Assembly: GCA_013239625.1 (NCBI GenBank)
Contig: MU054323.1
Coordinates: forward strand, 3,894,161-3,958,160
From: Lama guanicoe
Taxonomy: Eukaryota
Length of the DNA: 64,000 bases
Reading direction: 5' to 3'
Below the pieces are notes generated by a model. The model had not been told where the DNA came from. It searched no databases and saw only the letters and a program-made list of their open reading frames with translations. Every line of letters begins with the position of its first letter. The stretch's first letter is position 1. This document shows positions 24,331 through 36,760 of the stretch, in pieces. Position numbers and translations under genes: made by a program.

Positions 24331-24537
24331 CAGTGATGTGCTACATAAACCATCTTTCTAAGGGAAAAAGAAGTCCCTGATGTGTGGCAGTTGGCATTTA
24401 CTGATTTCCATGGTATAAATATTCCCACCGTGGTCAATGTCAAAATACCAACCTTTAAACACCTGATTAGTAAGACTCCTGAATATTTAACAATAGGCTG
24501 TCAGGAGCCAAGATGAGTCCTCTTCAGCATAGCACTG
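24331..24537 (-). mobile_element. MER63A-like hAT-Blackjack MITE
   Basis: Terminal inverted repeats cagtgatgtgct / agcatagcactg; internal gatttccatggtataaatattcccacc and cctgaatatttaacaat. Confidence 0.82.
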
Positions 24538-26394
24538 CCATCAGGATGTGGCCTTTGTAGCCAAGGTTTCAGGTTTGCCAGACTGACTAGGAGGAGTATA
24601 AGGAGGGCGGCCATGAGCCATGGTCAGTCCCCAAACTGGGGCAGAGACAGAGGCCAGGCCTGGGCTGCAGGCATCCCGTCAGGCCAAGGCACCCTTCTGT
24701 GGGTAGAAGAAACCTGTCTTTGCTTTTACGTTAAACCTTGACTGACTACTGAACAGGGTTCTGTGACGGGTCTGCTGTACCTTGGTTTCTCCATGCAAAA
24801 AGTGGCGGCGGGGGGGGGGGCACTTGCCACCCTAACATCAGGGAGCTCTTGTGAGAACCAGATGTTTTGTGCTGAGGGCCAGGGTGGGTCAGTTCTGCAC
24901 GGACAGCTTAAAGACTTCCGGGGCTTGGGCTGAGGGATTGAGTCTCACGGGAGGCTTCTGGCTGTGCGTGCTTTGTAGCATCTGCGTGATCCACGCGGTG
25001 TGTGTGTGTTGTGCATGATGTGGTGAGACTGCGCCCTGGGGCCCTCCAGCCCAGTGTGGCTCCAGGCATGTGTGTCAGATTACTGGTGCTCAGCGGGTGA
25101 GCAGACGACAGGATCCTGTTTTAGAGAACATGAAGAGGATTTGAATGTTTAATAAGGAAAGGATGGACGAAACATGCTACAAGAAATCCACAAAATGTCA
25201 CTGGCATCAGCGGGCCTGCTCCCTCCAGCTTGTGTTGACAGCATTTGGTAAATAGTCTGATTAATCCATGTCCTCTTGTGACCCTAAAAATTCACAATTT
25301 GAGTTTAAGTTTGTTCCTGGGACTTCATGTGTTGGCCAGTTGCAGAGAGAACACTACATGATTTCCTGGCCTCACATCAGAAAAGCCCTGTAAATAGCTC
25401 ATTGGCCTCCCAGAGTCACAGGTCTCCATCTACCAATCAGCCTTGCCCTTTGGTGATTTCTGCCCTGCAGCGTCCCAGCCAGCCTGACTGCCAGCCTGTA
25501 ATTCGGGTTCAGAGTGAAATTCCAAAGGTCCTGGGCAATGTCACGATCTTACCCCTGGGCCTGAAGTCCACTCCAGTGCCTGGGCCCTTCTCTCAGAACA
25601 TTCTCTCAACAATGAACCCAGAAATGTCTGGAGAGATCTGAGGTCCTCAGCAGTGAACTTTCATGTTTACAAACCACCTTAATCCAAGAATGTATTTCAT
25701 ATCAACTATTTTCCCCCAAAAGGACTGTAGGTTAGCTCACATTTGCTGGCCCTACCAGATGTTTCTGGCATCTTTAGCCCAGGCCTCCCCTGGCATCTAT
25801 CAGGTCTTACAGCTGCAAGGGAGTGTGGTGATGCCCACACTGTTACATGTCCAGCTGTCACCGCTTGCCCCAGACAGCTGTGTGACACTTGAGGGTCAGG
25901 AGTCCTCAGGGCCTGAAACTCCCTGAGAGCCCCAGGGCACGGCTGTCCTAAACAGAAGGCTGGCAATGTCAGATACTGGTATGAAGTCAGGTCTCTTTGT
26001 CAACGACAGACCCACTCACTTCTGTTTCACCACGTGCTTGCTCCCTGGCCCTGAGAGTAGTGGACATCTGCATTCTGAAGGGAGCTGGGCAGGGGGCCCG
26101 ACCTGCCCCCCTAGTGTGGAAGAAACGGGCAAAGTTCCATTATAGATGCAAAGTAGAGAAAGAAAGTCTGTGCCCAAAACACACCTTTTGGAGGACAGGA
26201 AATTTCCCCAATCATTCTCTTTTCCCACAAAAAACACTCCATGGCAACAGTCTAGCTATTCACTTAGCCTTGAATTAATGTGACATCATCCGAAATGACT
26301 TTTAGTCTGAAGTTAAAACTTTCAAGTCCTTAAAAAAAAATCTCCTTTCCCTCAAAATGAACATTACATATACTCCACTGGAGGAGTACAGGAT

Positions 26395-26520
26395 TATAAA
26401 CTTGGGGAGCTGGAAGGCATCTTTATGGTTTACAGAAGCAGAAACTATGGCCCAAGGAGGGAGACCCCTTGCCTGGAGCCAAGATGAAAGGTCAGGACTG
26501 GGAGCCCCCAGGGCTCTTGC
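26395..26520 (-). mobile_element. MIR/MIR3 fragment
   Basis: gagctggaagg...tttacagaagcagaaactatggccca...ggactggga. Confidence 0.55.
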
Positions 26521-28364
26521 CACGTCTTAGAAGGGTGGTAACGTATGAAATTGTCTGGGGGCTGTAGTTGGGCTCAGTCATGCTGACTTCCATCTGCAAA
26601 CCACAAGTGTTTGGTCACAGACTGTGAGGGACAATGTGGGCCTGAGGGGTTGCTGGCTCTTTAGATTTCTGTGCCACTTGGGACACCCAGAGTCACTTGC
26701 TCCATCGTGGCAGGAAAAAGCTTGTGGTTATAAACTGAGTACTTAATTTGTTTCCTCCAAGAGGACTAGATTAAAGATCGGAAGGAAAGGCTCCCTCAAG
26801 TTTTTCCATCTGAGCCTTTGGGGATGAGCCCCAGCAAATGCCAATGACTGGCTGTCCAGGCAAGGAGAGCGCACTGGGTGGGGGTGGGCTGGTCCTTGGA
26901 TCCCTGACTTGGGAATGGCCAAGAAAGCCCCGGGACGGAAGCAGGGAGCGGCTGTCTTCTGTCTTAAGGCCACACTCAACCCTGAGAGCATCATAGCACA
27001 TGGGTGTTGGGAGGGTACATGGGGGGTGCGTGAGGGGTGCAAGGCAAGAAGTCTTCCCTGGCCCTGGAGGGCACTTGACATTTTGATGTGGCTGCGTGGA
27101 ACAGAGACATGTTGTAGCAGCAGGAAAAATGCCCTCCGACGTGCTCCTTTTTTTCTTTTCATTTTTCTTGTTTCTTTCAATTACTAAGTAATGTGAGTAG
27201 AAGTATTGCTCCACACCCAGGCTTGGGAATAGTGAAGCTTGGGGCTGGAGAATACGCAAGGGTATGTGTCACATATATTATTGGCAAAAACACAACAAGA
27301 AGAAAAAAATCCAGAGGTTTCTGTATGGAAGGGGCTGCATCCAGAAATCCCCAATCACAAATTGCTGCATCTAAGTTCCTAGAAGCCTTGGACGGGCCTG
27401 GGGATAAGAGCTAAATTCCTAGCAGCCAAACAGCCTGATTATCTTTTACCACCAGTCAGGTGCCCAGCGCCCCTGAGCTGTCAACCCTCCTCCTACAGCC
27501 CCTCCCCACTGTCCTTTGCACCCTGCTCCCCAAGAGTCCCCAGCAGGTCCTTGCTCCTCTCCTGCAGGGCTCCATCCTCCCACTGGTTTCCTAATGGGGA
27601 TGTAAGCAAAGCCCTGACTTTGGCCAGGCAGTGAGGAGGCAGCCCTGAGGCTGCTGGATCTAGGCAGCCTCTCTGCTGCTATTGGGCTCATAGCTCCCCT
27701 GCCCAGGTCTGAGACTTGGGTCTCATCTCCCCCAGTTCAGCTGAGATTAAACCTTGTGAATTCTTGAGAATAACTGTCTCCTGGCTTGTGTCTACACCTC
27801 CTAGGACTCCTGTGAGCTGGAAAGTGGAGGCCTTTGTTCTAGAAGGATTGCTTTTTTGGCTAGAGCAGCAGGGCCTCAGCTTAGCTTTGAGGTGCCAGGA
27901 GTGTCCTAGTTACCGTAATTATGTGTCCTAGGTCTTTGCATCGGGTGTGGCATATATTTGAAGAGAGGGTGAGAGGGGACCTGGGCATCAGGCCCCAGAT
28001 GGCTGATGATGTCAAACTCCCTGGAGCATCTTTATCCATGTGGAACTGAAAACCTGCCCAGAGACACAGGTGATAAGGCAGGAGGTACACACCCTGGACA
28101 AGTCTCTCCAGGCTGGGGGATCAGATGCCTGTACACAGGAGGCGCCTAATTCATACTTGTTGAATGGAAGAAGTGTTGGTGATGCAGCAGAGAGGTTCCC
28201 TGGACTCCAGAGGGCTCTGCCCAGCCACAGGCTACCCTACCTATGGAGGCCAGGCCTTCTAGAACATACTCTCACCCAGAGGCTGGTGTTTAACCATCTC
28301 TGATGGTCCATCCACCTCAAGATTTTTCTGTTCAAAAATCTTTGCTGGCTCCCCAGGTCTTCAG

Positions 28365-28576
28365 CAGTGTTTTCTATTTATTGAAAATTGGTTTTGGTGA
28401 TCATGCTTCCCTCTTGAGAATTCACAATACACAGTAACATAGTTAAGGGCCCTGAGAAGACCTGCAGGGAAGAAATTGGTTTCCTAAGTTTGACTATGGA
28501 GCACTAGGCTCTGTCTTTTGTTTGCTTAACACCTGTTAGCACGCAGCAGAGTACGGGCATGTTTTGATTAACATTA
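28365..28576 (-). mobile_element. Charlie4a/z-like hAT element
   Basis: gagaattcacaatacacagtaacat...aagggccctgagaagacctgcagggaagaaa...tttgactatgga...taacacctgttagca. Confidence 0.7.
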
Positions 28577-28721
28577 ACCTATAGCATAGTAACAGCCAAA
28601 TGAATTAGTCTTATACTCAAGAGATTATGAAATCTGGCCTCAACCTAAGGTTCTCCCTGTCTCACCCCCACATTGCCCCTCCTCTCTGGCCACATGCATC
28701 CCCTTCCTCGGGTGTGCTGTC

Positions 28722-29121
28722 TGCTATGGGCTGAATTACATCTCCCTAAAATGCATAGGTTGAAGTCCTAACCCCCCAGTCCCTTGGAATGTGACTGTAT
28801 TTGCAGTATTTAAATTACCTTTAAAGAGGTAATTAAGTAAAATGAGGCCATTTGGGTGGGCCCTAAATCCGATCTCACTGGTGTCCTTATAAGAAGAGGA
28901 GATTAGGATGCACAGAGAGACACCAGACTCGTTGAGATGAATCATGAGGACACAGTAAGAAGGCAGCCATCTACAAGCTAAGGAGAGAGGCCTCGAAGAG
29001 ACCAACCCTGCCCACAGCTTGATCTCAGACTTCAGCTTCCAAAACAGTGAGAGAGAAACTTCTGTCGTGGAAGCCCCCGGTCTGGGGTATCGTTTGTTGG
29101 CCACGCAGACAGACTAATTCA
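28722..29121 (+). mobile_element. MLT1B MaLR solo LTR, full length
   Basis: tgctatgggctgaatt...gaatgtgactgtatttg...ctttaaagaggtaattaag...gtgtccttataagaagagga...aggagagaggcctc...gactaattca (TG...CA, 400 bp). Confidence 0.93.
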
Positions 29122-30759
29122 CGGTGCTCCCCACTGCTCTCCAGATGTACGCCAGGACTTCCGTGTTCAGATCCATGATCTGACTTATCCACTCTTCCTC
29201 TATAAATCCATTCTCTCTTCTTCAGGGCTCTGCCACTGCATTTCTTTTAGCAACAAATAAACAAACAAAACCAAAATAAAATAAAATTCTGCCTGTCTTT
29301 TAAGGCCTCACCCAAATGCCTCTTGGTCTAATAAGTTAACCCTGGTCTGTTTGGCTGCAATGAGTCCCTCTGTTCTGTGTTCCCACAGCCAGTGGAAACC
29401 TTTCTCTCACTCTGCCTTCTGTGGAGGTGAGTTCAACATGTTTATTCCTCCCCCGTATTGTTGGATCTCTGGGGGAAGAAACTTGTCTTGTGTCCCTGTA
29501 CCCAGCACGGTGCCCGACACTTACCAGGTGCTCCATGATTATTTTCTGGATGGAATTAAAACTGTCTGGGCATCCACCAGGTCAAGAGGAAGGTGAGTAC
29601 CGCTATCTGCCTAGCATTTTTCACCCCTTGGATGCTAAGACCAGACTCAGAGTCTCTGCTTGGGCTCTGGGGGCACTGTGTTGGAGGCAGGACTTGAAGG
29701 GTATGTAAGAGCTGAAATCATGCCTCTGTGGAGCGAGGGAGCAGAGACCACTTTATCTGAGTTTCCACATAATTTCATGCGTGTTTGACTCAGATGCACA
29801 GGAACCCTGTGCCTGGCACACAGAGGGGACTCGGTAACCGTGATGAGGATGAAGATGAGCCACATGCCAGCACACTGGGCTCTGGGATCGGCTCCCTGGG
29901 GAAGTTCCTTCAAGTGACCCCACTGGAGCCGGAAGGCACAGGTGATTGTACAAAGCCAGCCCTTCCTCGGGAGGCTGGGACTGGCGGCATGTGTGCCAGG
30001 CCACTAGTGCCGCATCACTGGGCCTCAAGTGGGGGTTGTCAAGCGTGGCAGCGCGCTCACGTCTCCACGCCCCATGGCCTTGGGGAGAAGGGCCCCATGG
30101 AAGGGGAGCTTTGACACCCTCCACTCTGATCTGAACACAGGTTTTTAATTTCCCTGTAATTTGCCCTTTCTCCCTCTCCCCAGGCTGGCTTCCCTGTCAT
30201 TTCATTTCCTGCACTATTCTCATCTTACAGCAGAGGTGAAGAGAGTTGACCTCTCCTTGCCCCAAAGCTGAATAAAATACAGAACAGATTTTTGTGCATA
30301 AAAATAGGCTTGAATACCACCAGCCAGTCACTTTGGGCTCCACTCTGCCCATCTGGCCTCGCTCTGTCTCCCACACACCGGCCCACAGGGCAGGGCCGCA
30401 CAGAGAGAGGGTGTTGGGTCTCTGGGCCAGAGCCCGAGGGGACCACAGGCTGGAAGGAGGCTGCCCCCCGCAGAAAGAAGGGCAGGACCGCACCTTAGCG
30501 AGGGTAGTGGTTGGAGCACTTTATCCTCTCCCGTGAGGGACGGCTGTGAGGATGGAAACCTCCTTGTGTGTTGCCCTTGCCAGGCGACCACGGAGGAAAG
30601 ATTGAAATGTCAACGCCTAGTGAAAAAGAAATTTCTGTCTGGAACATTTGGGATGGTTCCAAGAAGGATGCAACTGGAGCCCCTATGAGCAGAATTGAGA
30701 AGATTGTGGCTTTAAAGCCAGGCGGATTGCACGTCTGTCTGGTCCCCATTCTTTTGTGG

Positions 30760-30910
30760 TTGGCTGTGTTATCTTAGACAAGGAACTTCATCTCTGCAAA
30801 CCTCAGTTTCCTCATCTGTAAAACAGAGACAGTAATAATGCAGATTCTTTAGGTCAGTGGGGAGAATTAAATGAAACAGCACATGCAGAGTGCTTGGCAT
30901 ATAAAAGGTA
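30760..30910 (+). mobile_element. MIR SINE
   Basis: gctgtgttatcttagacaag...cctcagtttcctcatctgtaaaac...gaattaaatgaaa. Confidence 0.85.
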
Positions 30911-30934
30911 AACCCTGATCTACCTGCATCCCTG

Positions 30935-31155
30935 TTGTCACTCAGGTCTCAGGTTAAAGGGCAGAGGGGCCCACCCACCCTCGCAATCTAATGCAGTCAC
31001 CCAGCTCCAGTCCACTGAGTGCCCTGTCCTTCGCACAGCGTGGATATGTCCTTATTACTTTGTTTATGAGTTTGCTGTCTGGCTCAAGTGGGCATCTAGC
31101 ACCCAGCCTCTCTGGCATAAAGTGGGTACTCAATTATGGTTATTAAATACATGGG
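30935..31155 (+). mobile_element. L2a 3' end
   Basis: tcactcaggtctcaggttaaa...ttgtttat...tgtct...ctggcataaagtgggtactcaatta. Confidence 0.6.
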
Positions 31156-31455
31156 TGAAAAATGACAGTTGCTGTTTTGATTGTGTCTGGGTAACCTTTT
31201 AACATATTAATTTATGTTTTTAGCCCTCCCTATGTTTTTCCCATTTTCCTTCTGCCCCTTTCAAGCAGTTAGCAGACTGTGGGCTTTCGTGCCTTTGGGG
31301 AGATTTGTGGCTAGGCTGAAAGCACAAGTGATTTGCAAGACACACTCCTGCCTGGACTTCATTTCCAAAAGGCCTGGAGCCACTGAAAAGATTGTGCTAG
31401 TGCCTGAAGGGTTTGGGGTGAGAGAGGGAGGGAGGAAGATATATATCTAGAGACT

Positions 31456-31509
31456 TGTGTGTGTGTGTGTGTGTGTGGTGTGTGTGTACATATATATGTA
31501 TATATATAT
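31456..31509. repeat. Compound microsatellite (TG)11, interrupted, followed by (TG)n/(TA)n
   Basis: tgtgtgtgtgtgtgtgtgtgtg g tgtgtgtgt acatatatatgtatatatatat. Confidence 0.95.
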
Positions 31510-32712
31510 GGGGAGAAGAGATATTATGGAGGAAAATAAAGAAAGAGGGGCTCCCCATCATCCTTCTGCACTCCCCAAGCCCAGAAGTAGACTTCTGGAG
31601 ACTGGATGGGGCAGGAGGAAGCTCTCAAGTTCTGGAAATAGCAGTGGACGCCCACATTCCCCCTGAGAAAGGTGATGAGTACTTGGAGAAGGTGGTTGTG
31701 CGGTGCCCTAGGGAGGCAGGAACCTGGCTACCAGAGTTGCCCAGTGACAGCAGTGGTACCCGAGTAGCAGCTTGGACCAGTGAGTTGGGTGTCTGGCTTT
31801 AGGCAACCAGGGCTGGTGACTGATGACCACGGAGGCCTCCTGGTCCCCGGAGGCTCCTTATACCCTGGGAGACAGCACAGCCCTAGAATGAAGGTAAAAG
31901 CGACTCAGCGTCACAGCTCAACTGTTCACCCACCTTCTCATTGTTTACTGACTGAGTCCTGAGAGGCCTGATGACCCACCTGGTGCCCCTGTTTGGGGAA
32001 AGGGGTGGGTGGGTGTGAGCCCCCGCCATTTCTGGTCCTGATACGGCAGGACCGTGGCATCCCTGTAACCCGCCATCACTCCTGGGCTCTGCTCAGCCCA
32101 GGGCTTCATGGTAATGGAGGTAGGAGGTGACTGCATGCCAGGTACATAAAAAAGGTCATAATTCTTTATTTTCCTACAGCACAACTAGATTGAGTCGAAG
32201 GACCCCATGTACATAGTTGATACATAATATCTGTCATTTTTCACGGCCCCCTCCCTCTCACTTGTGTTATATCAGAAATTCAGGGCTTTACAATTCAGAA
32301 GCAGCGAAGGGCCTAGAACCTCAGAGGTGAGTAGTTGCCTCTGTGGTGGCTTCTTATCCAGGGCCAGACAGTGCCATAGAAGGTGGCCTCTTTCAACTGC
32401 TTGCCTGCTCTGCCTTGGGAGCTTCCAGGGTTGGCTCGTCTCCGCGGGCACCCTGCAGCAGGTCCCCGGGGCTCCTGGGCTCTGTGTGGGGTGAGGTGGG
32501 ATCCCTTCCATCCTCCAGCCTCGGGATTTAACTTCCTGGAGGCAGCCACGTCCCTCTGCCTCCTAAAGAACCAGCTTTCAATTCCTTCCCAAAATGTGGC
32601 CTGTGGATGTGGCTTTCAAGACATCACCTTGTCTTACCTGATGATGTCTCCTTTTGTTCTGGAACACAGAGAGATGTCCAGAGTACTGGCTCCATAGGAA
32701 ATGACCAAAATC

Positions 32713-32935
32713 TGCATGAGCTTCCTTTTGCTACTATAAGCAATCACCACTATGTGGTGGCTTAAAACAACACATATTATCTTATGGTTCTGGAGAAGTT
32801 TGACACTGGGCTGGAATTAAGGGGTTGGCAGGGCTGTGTTCTGTTCCAGAGGCTCTAGAGGTGAATACATCTCCCTGCGTTTTCCACCTTCTAGAGGCCA
32901 CAGACCTTCCTTGCCTCATGGCTGCAGCCTAGCCT
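32713..32935 (-). mobile_element. MLT1C/D MaLR LTR fragment
   Basis: gtggcttaaaacaacac...ttatctta...ttctggag...gttggcagggctgtgttc...gaggctctagaggtgaat...cttctagaggcc...ttccttgcctcatggc. Confidence 0.85.
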
Positions 32936-34167
32936 CTCCTTGATCTGCTCACAAGGAAACGACATTCTATTTGGGTAGCAAACAGGTGAGCCAACGAATG
33001 CAATCCTATGTGGTAAGTGAAGAGTGGGTTTGCGAGGGAGCAGGGTAGGAGCGTGCGAGGCAGGGGATGCTCCCCAGAGGGTTGGTACCCAAGCTAATGC
33101 TTGGCTTTACTCCTTTACCAAGCTGTGGAGAAACTCAAAGGCAGGACTGGATCTAACTCATCTTCTTCCTTCATTCGAAGCTAAATTCGCTGCTTTGTGC
33201 CCTGTAGACAGCTAGTATCACATGCAATGAGCTGGTTCCACTTGTTGAGTCATTTTTGTCTTTGGGGCCATAGTTCCAGAACCATGATGTGATGGGAAAT
33301 CAGAGACTGAGCCAGCATCCTTGGGGCCGATCCCTGGCCCTGGGGTCTGGAGGATTTTCTTCATTATTATGCATCTTCTCCCCATCAGAGGTCAATACCA
33401 GGATTGAAGCTGGAAGCCCCACATTGTGGGATCTGACCAGGAATCTCCCCAGACATCAAGGAACTGGATTTGAGATCCTGCTCTTGGTTTCAAGGAGGAC
33501 TTTAGGATCACTGTGGGGTTGATCAGTGAGGGATGGCTCCTCCTTTGAATTTCTTCATAAAATAACATGCTAGGAGCAAGTGGATGAAATTGAGGAAGTG
33601 AAATACTTGGCAGAGTGTCAGGAAGGACTTTCTGGGCAGATCTATTAGCCGTGCCCCGGGAGGGGCTGCTGCCTGAGTGGAGGATGCCCGGGAGATTCTG
33701 GCCTCCATTCAGAAAGTTTCCCTTGCAGTGTCTACCTGGTAAGGCCCCTTGGCTGTGAGCATCTTCTGCCCTCTGGCCTCAGACTGTTCTCCATTCTTTT
33801 CTCCTCCTCCTCCTCTTCCTTCTTCTTCACTCAGAGGCTTCAAAATGAGGACCCACAGGTTACTGGGGAAGGCTGATCACGGGGATGTCTGAAGCCAGAA
33901 ATCCTAGCAGGGCAGGCTGAGGACAAGGTTGACCTTTCCAGGGGACTCAGTGTTTGCTGAGAGAATGGGTGAAGGAATGATACAGAGAAAGTGAGGCTGA
34001 ATGGTGAATCAAGGTTGCCTTGGTACTTCCCCTTGGCCATCATCTCCCTCCTAGACTGGGGAAGCCCAGCATCCTTAGCCCCTCCTAAGCTCTTGTAGGA
34101 CCCAGCATGTACAGGAATGGCAATGTATTAGACTTTATCCTCCATTCTTTGGAGGGCCATTCTCCAG

Positions 34168-34428
34168 GCCACCCTTCAAACCAATCCTGGCAACCAGTTA
34201 GTGGGTTGTGAAATCAATGTGGTGGATGGAGATCTGCCTAGCATTAAAAAAAAAAGAAAGACATAGAATAAAGCACAATTGAAAATATCCGAGTGAATCT
34301 CAGGACTAAGGGTATTACTTTGTGAAAATGTGTTTCAGTTTTATGTATGGTATATAGTATACTAAATGTAGGTTGCAATGTGCAATGTATTTCTTAATGT
34401 GGGTCAAGGCAAAAAAGGATAAAGACTT
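34168..34428. mobile_element. hAT-Charlie MITE (MER112-like; subfamily name uncertain)
   Basis: ttagtgggttgtgaaatcaat...agcatt...atagaata...gaaaatatccgagtg...taagggtatt...gtttcagtt...aatgtatttcttaatgtgggtca...caaaaaag. Confidence 0.7.
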
Positions 34429-34514
34429 CCAAAAATCCCTGGGGGATCCAGTTTTCATCAACTGTTAATAAAGATGCATAGACCAACCAAAAATGTTCCT
34501 TTCCAGAGACATTG

Positions 34515-34645
34515 GAGGAGCACTGGCCTGGAGTTGGGAGGCTGGGGCTCTGAGCCTGGATCTGTCTAGTACTCCCTGTGAGCCGTGGGTGCATTGGTAA
34601 CCCCTCTTCCAACCTCAGTTTTCTCCTCTCTCAAATGGGGAGGTT
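34515..34645 (+). mobile_element. MIR-like SINE head/core
   Basis: gagcactggcctggagttgggag...ctgtgagc...cctcagttttctcctct...aaatgggga. Confidence 0.65.
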
Positions 34646-34665
34646 CCCTTGTGTCTGCATGCATT

Positions 34666-34680
34666 GCTGCCCTCTGGTGG
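34666..34680 (-). promoter_or_regulatory. CTCF core motif
   Basis: The reverse complement CCACCAGAGGGCAGC fully matches the consensus CCASYAGRKGGCRSY. Confidence 0.6.
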
Positions 34681-36487
34681 TGAACTCTGTAACTTGCTGC
34701 AGCCCTGACTTCCAATTTGGGCTTGCTGATAGGCATGGGGCTGTCCATATTCCAGGTGAGCCTCACTCCCAGGTGGAGTGTGTAGCACCCCACATGTGTG
34801 TTGTGAGTTCTCCGCAAAGGCCCCAGCTGCTCAAATACCTGCCTGTTGAAATCCTCCCATGTGACAGTGTATAGTACGGACCTTTCCCTCAGAGATCTGT
34901 TTGTCCATGAATATTGAATGATCTTTCAGTGTGTGAAGTTCAGCTATGGGAGACGTCAGGTCGTGGGATTAGGATAGCAGCCTGCACCAGCCGGGTCACC
35001 TGCTGGCCTTCCACAGCGTGAGGGCACTGCCTGGCACAGCTGCAGGTTGAAAGTCAGCATTTCTGGAGTGTCAGCAGAGTCCTAAGATGGTGATATCTCT
35101 TCTTGACCTCTGCTCACAGCTGGCCTCCTTCCCTGCAGGCATCTTTATCAAATAGCAGCTGCCAGAGCCAAAGGCTGAGGCTGCCTCCTAAGGGAACTAC
35201 CTTGTAGCCAAAGCTGTGATGAGGTCCACCTTCTCTGGGGTACTTAGCTGTATACCAGGCATCGGGATGCATCTGCTGGATCTGAGCAGTCTTCTTTGAA
35301 GCTGTGGATAGTGGGATCAGACGTTTAGAATGCAGAGGTTATTTATCTTGCCACTTTCCTCAGCCTCTTCCTTTTTTGATGGTATCAGCACCTATCTGCT
35401 ACTCCAGTTAAGGCTCGAATTTAATTCCCTTTAGTCTTTAGTCTTTGACTCAGCCTCTTGCAAGAGAAGTGATTTTTCAAAAAAAAAAAACATTTCTTAA
35501 ACAGCATGCTGCATTATTCTGAGATTTATTTCTAGTAAACTAAAAGAGGACCGAATGTTCCTGGCATTGTCTCTTGATTGAAAAAGGTCAGATGTTGGCA
35601 TGAGTAAGGCATCCTCAAATCCCCCAAAGCAAAACCCTTGAGTCATTGTATTCAGTAGGTGCCTCCTATTGTTTGTTAAAAGGCTGGAGGAACAAACAGT
35701 TGGAATCTCAACCATGAAGCTTCTGAGCTCTGAAGTCACACTGTGAACCTCACTGTTCAGGACAGGGTGGCTTGGAGCCAAGTCTGGGTACTTTATCCAT
35801 GAGGTTGAAAGACCCAAGCAAACATTTGACAAAATGAAGTTAAAGCACTTTCCCAAACAATCATTTAGATTATTAGGCTGCTGTCTTATGGAGGGGTGTG
35901 AAGGGCCTAAAATAGGAGTGTTTTATTTTTAAACAATTAACTTCCCTTCTGACTTCAGGAAACCCCAGGATGGCTTGGTTTTGAGGACATTACCAGTCAA
36001 CCGCAGCCAAGAAGTGATTAGTGAGTGCCTGCTCCTTAGACATGGTCTGACTTCTGCGCTGAGTTCAAAGCAGAGTTCTTAGTTTAAGAATAATATAGGA
36101 TTAGCTTTCCTTGACAACTTCCCATGCTGGAACCATTCTAAAAAAACACTGAACTGTCCCTGGAACTTTGGGGGCACAGTGAAGACTTGGAGGCAACATT
36201 CAGTGCGTGCTTGTGTTCTTGTCCCCACTCTCTCATAACGAATTGTGGAGAAAATAACCCCGCCCTGTTCTCTTGATGGGAAACAGTGCTTATTTCTAAT
36301 GGGATGAACAGAGCAGGTCTTTAAGCCCTCCCATCAGTAGTCAATATGCTGACAGTCAGTTCCAGTGCTCACGGAACCAGTGAGAAGGAGCTGTACTGCC
36401 TTGCCTTCATTTTTTTTGCCATGTCATTTAAAGGAATCTGAGGAAAGGTTTGGAAGAAACACTAGAATTCTACAGAATAACTTAGGG

Positions 36488-36760
36488 CCGCATTTCCCAA
36501 AGCTGTAGACAAGTACTGATGGGAGCGTGTGAGAAGATTTTAGATGTTGATCAATATTTTCATTTCAATGACATATATTTATTTTAACACATATATAAAA
36601 GATGTATACCTAACACATTTGTGATTTCTTGAATATTTTAGGAAAAAGCTAAAGAAGATGTTTAACTAAAAAACAAACAAGAAAACAAAGGCATTAACTT
36701 AAAGAAAACTAGTAATAGTTAAAATTGTGAGGCTGATACTTAATGAATTTGGCGAACAGA
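36488..36760. mobile_element. Ancient hAT-Charlie element (Charlie18a-like; name uncertain)
   Basis: catttcccaaag...agtactgatgg...gagaagattttagatg...atatttattttaa...gtgatttc...gctaaag...ttaaagaaaa...aaaattgtga. Confidence 0.55.

Larger units (their letters stand above)
28310..29560 (+). mobile_element. L2 3' region interrupted by a Charlie4-like MITE and an MLT1B LTR
   Basis: ctgttcaaaaatctttgctggctcccca | cctatag...aatctggcctcaacct | ...ctgtacccagcacggtgcccgacac...ggtgctc follows L2 3' UTR order. Confidence 0.65.
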
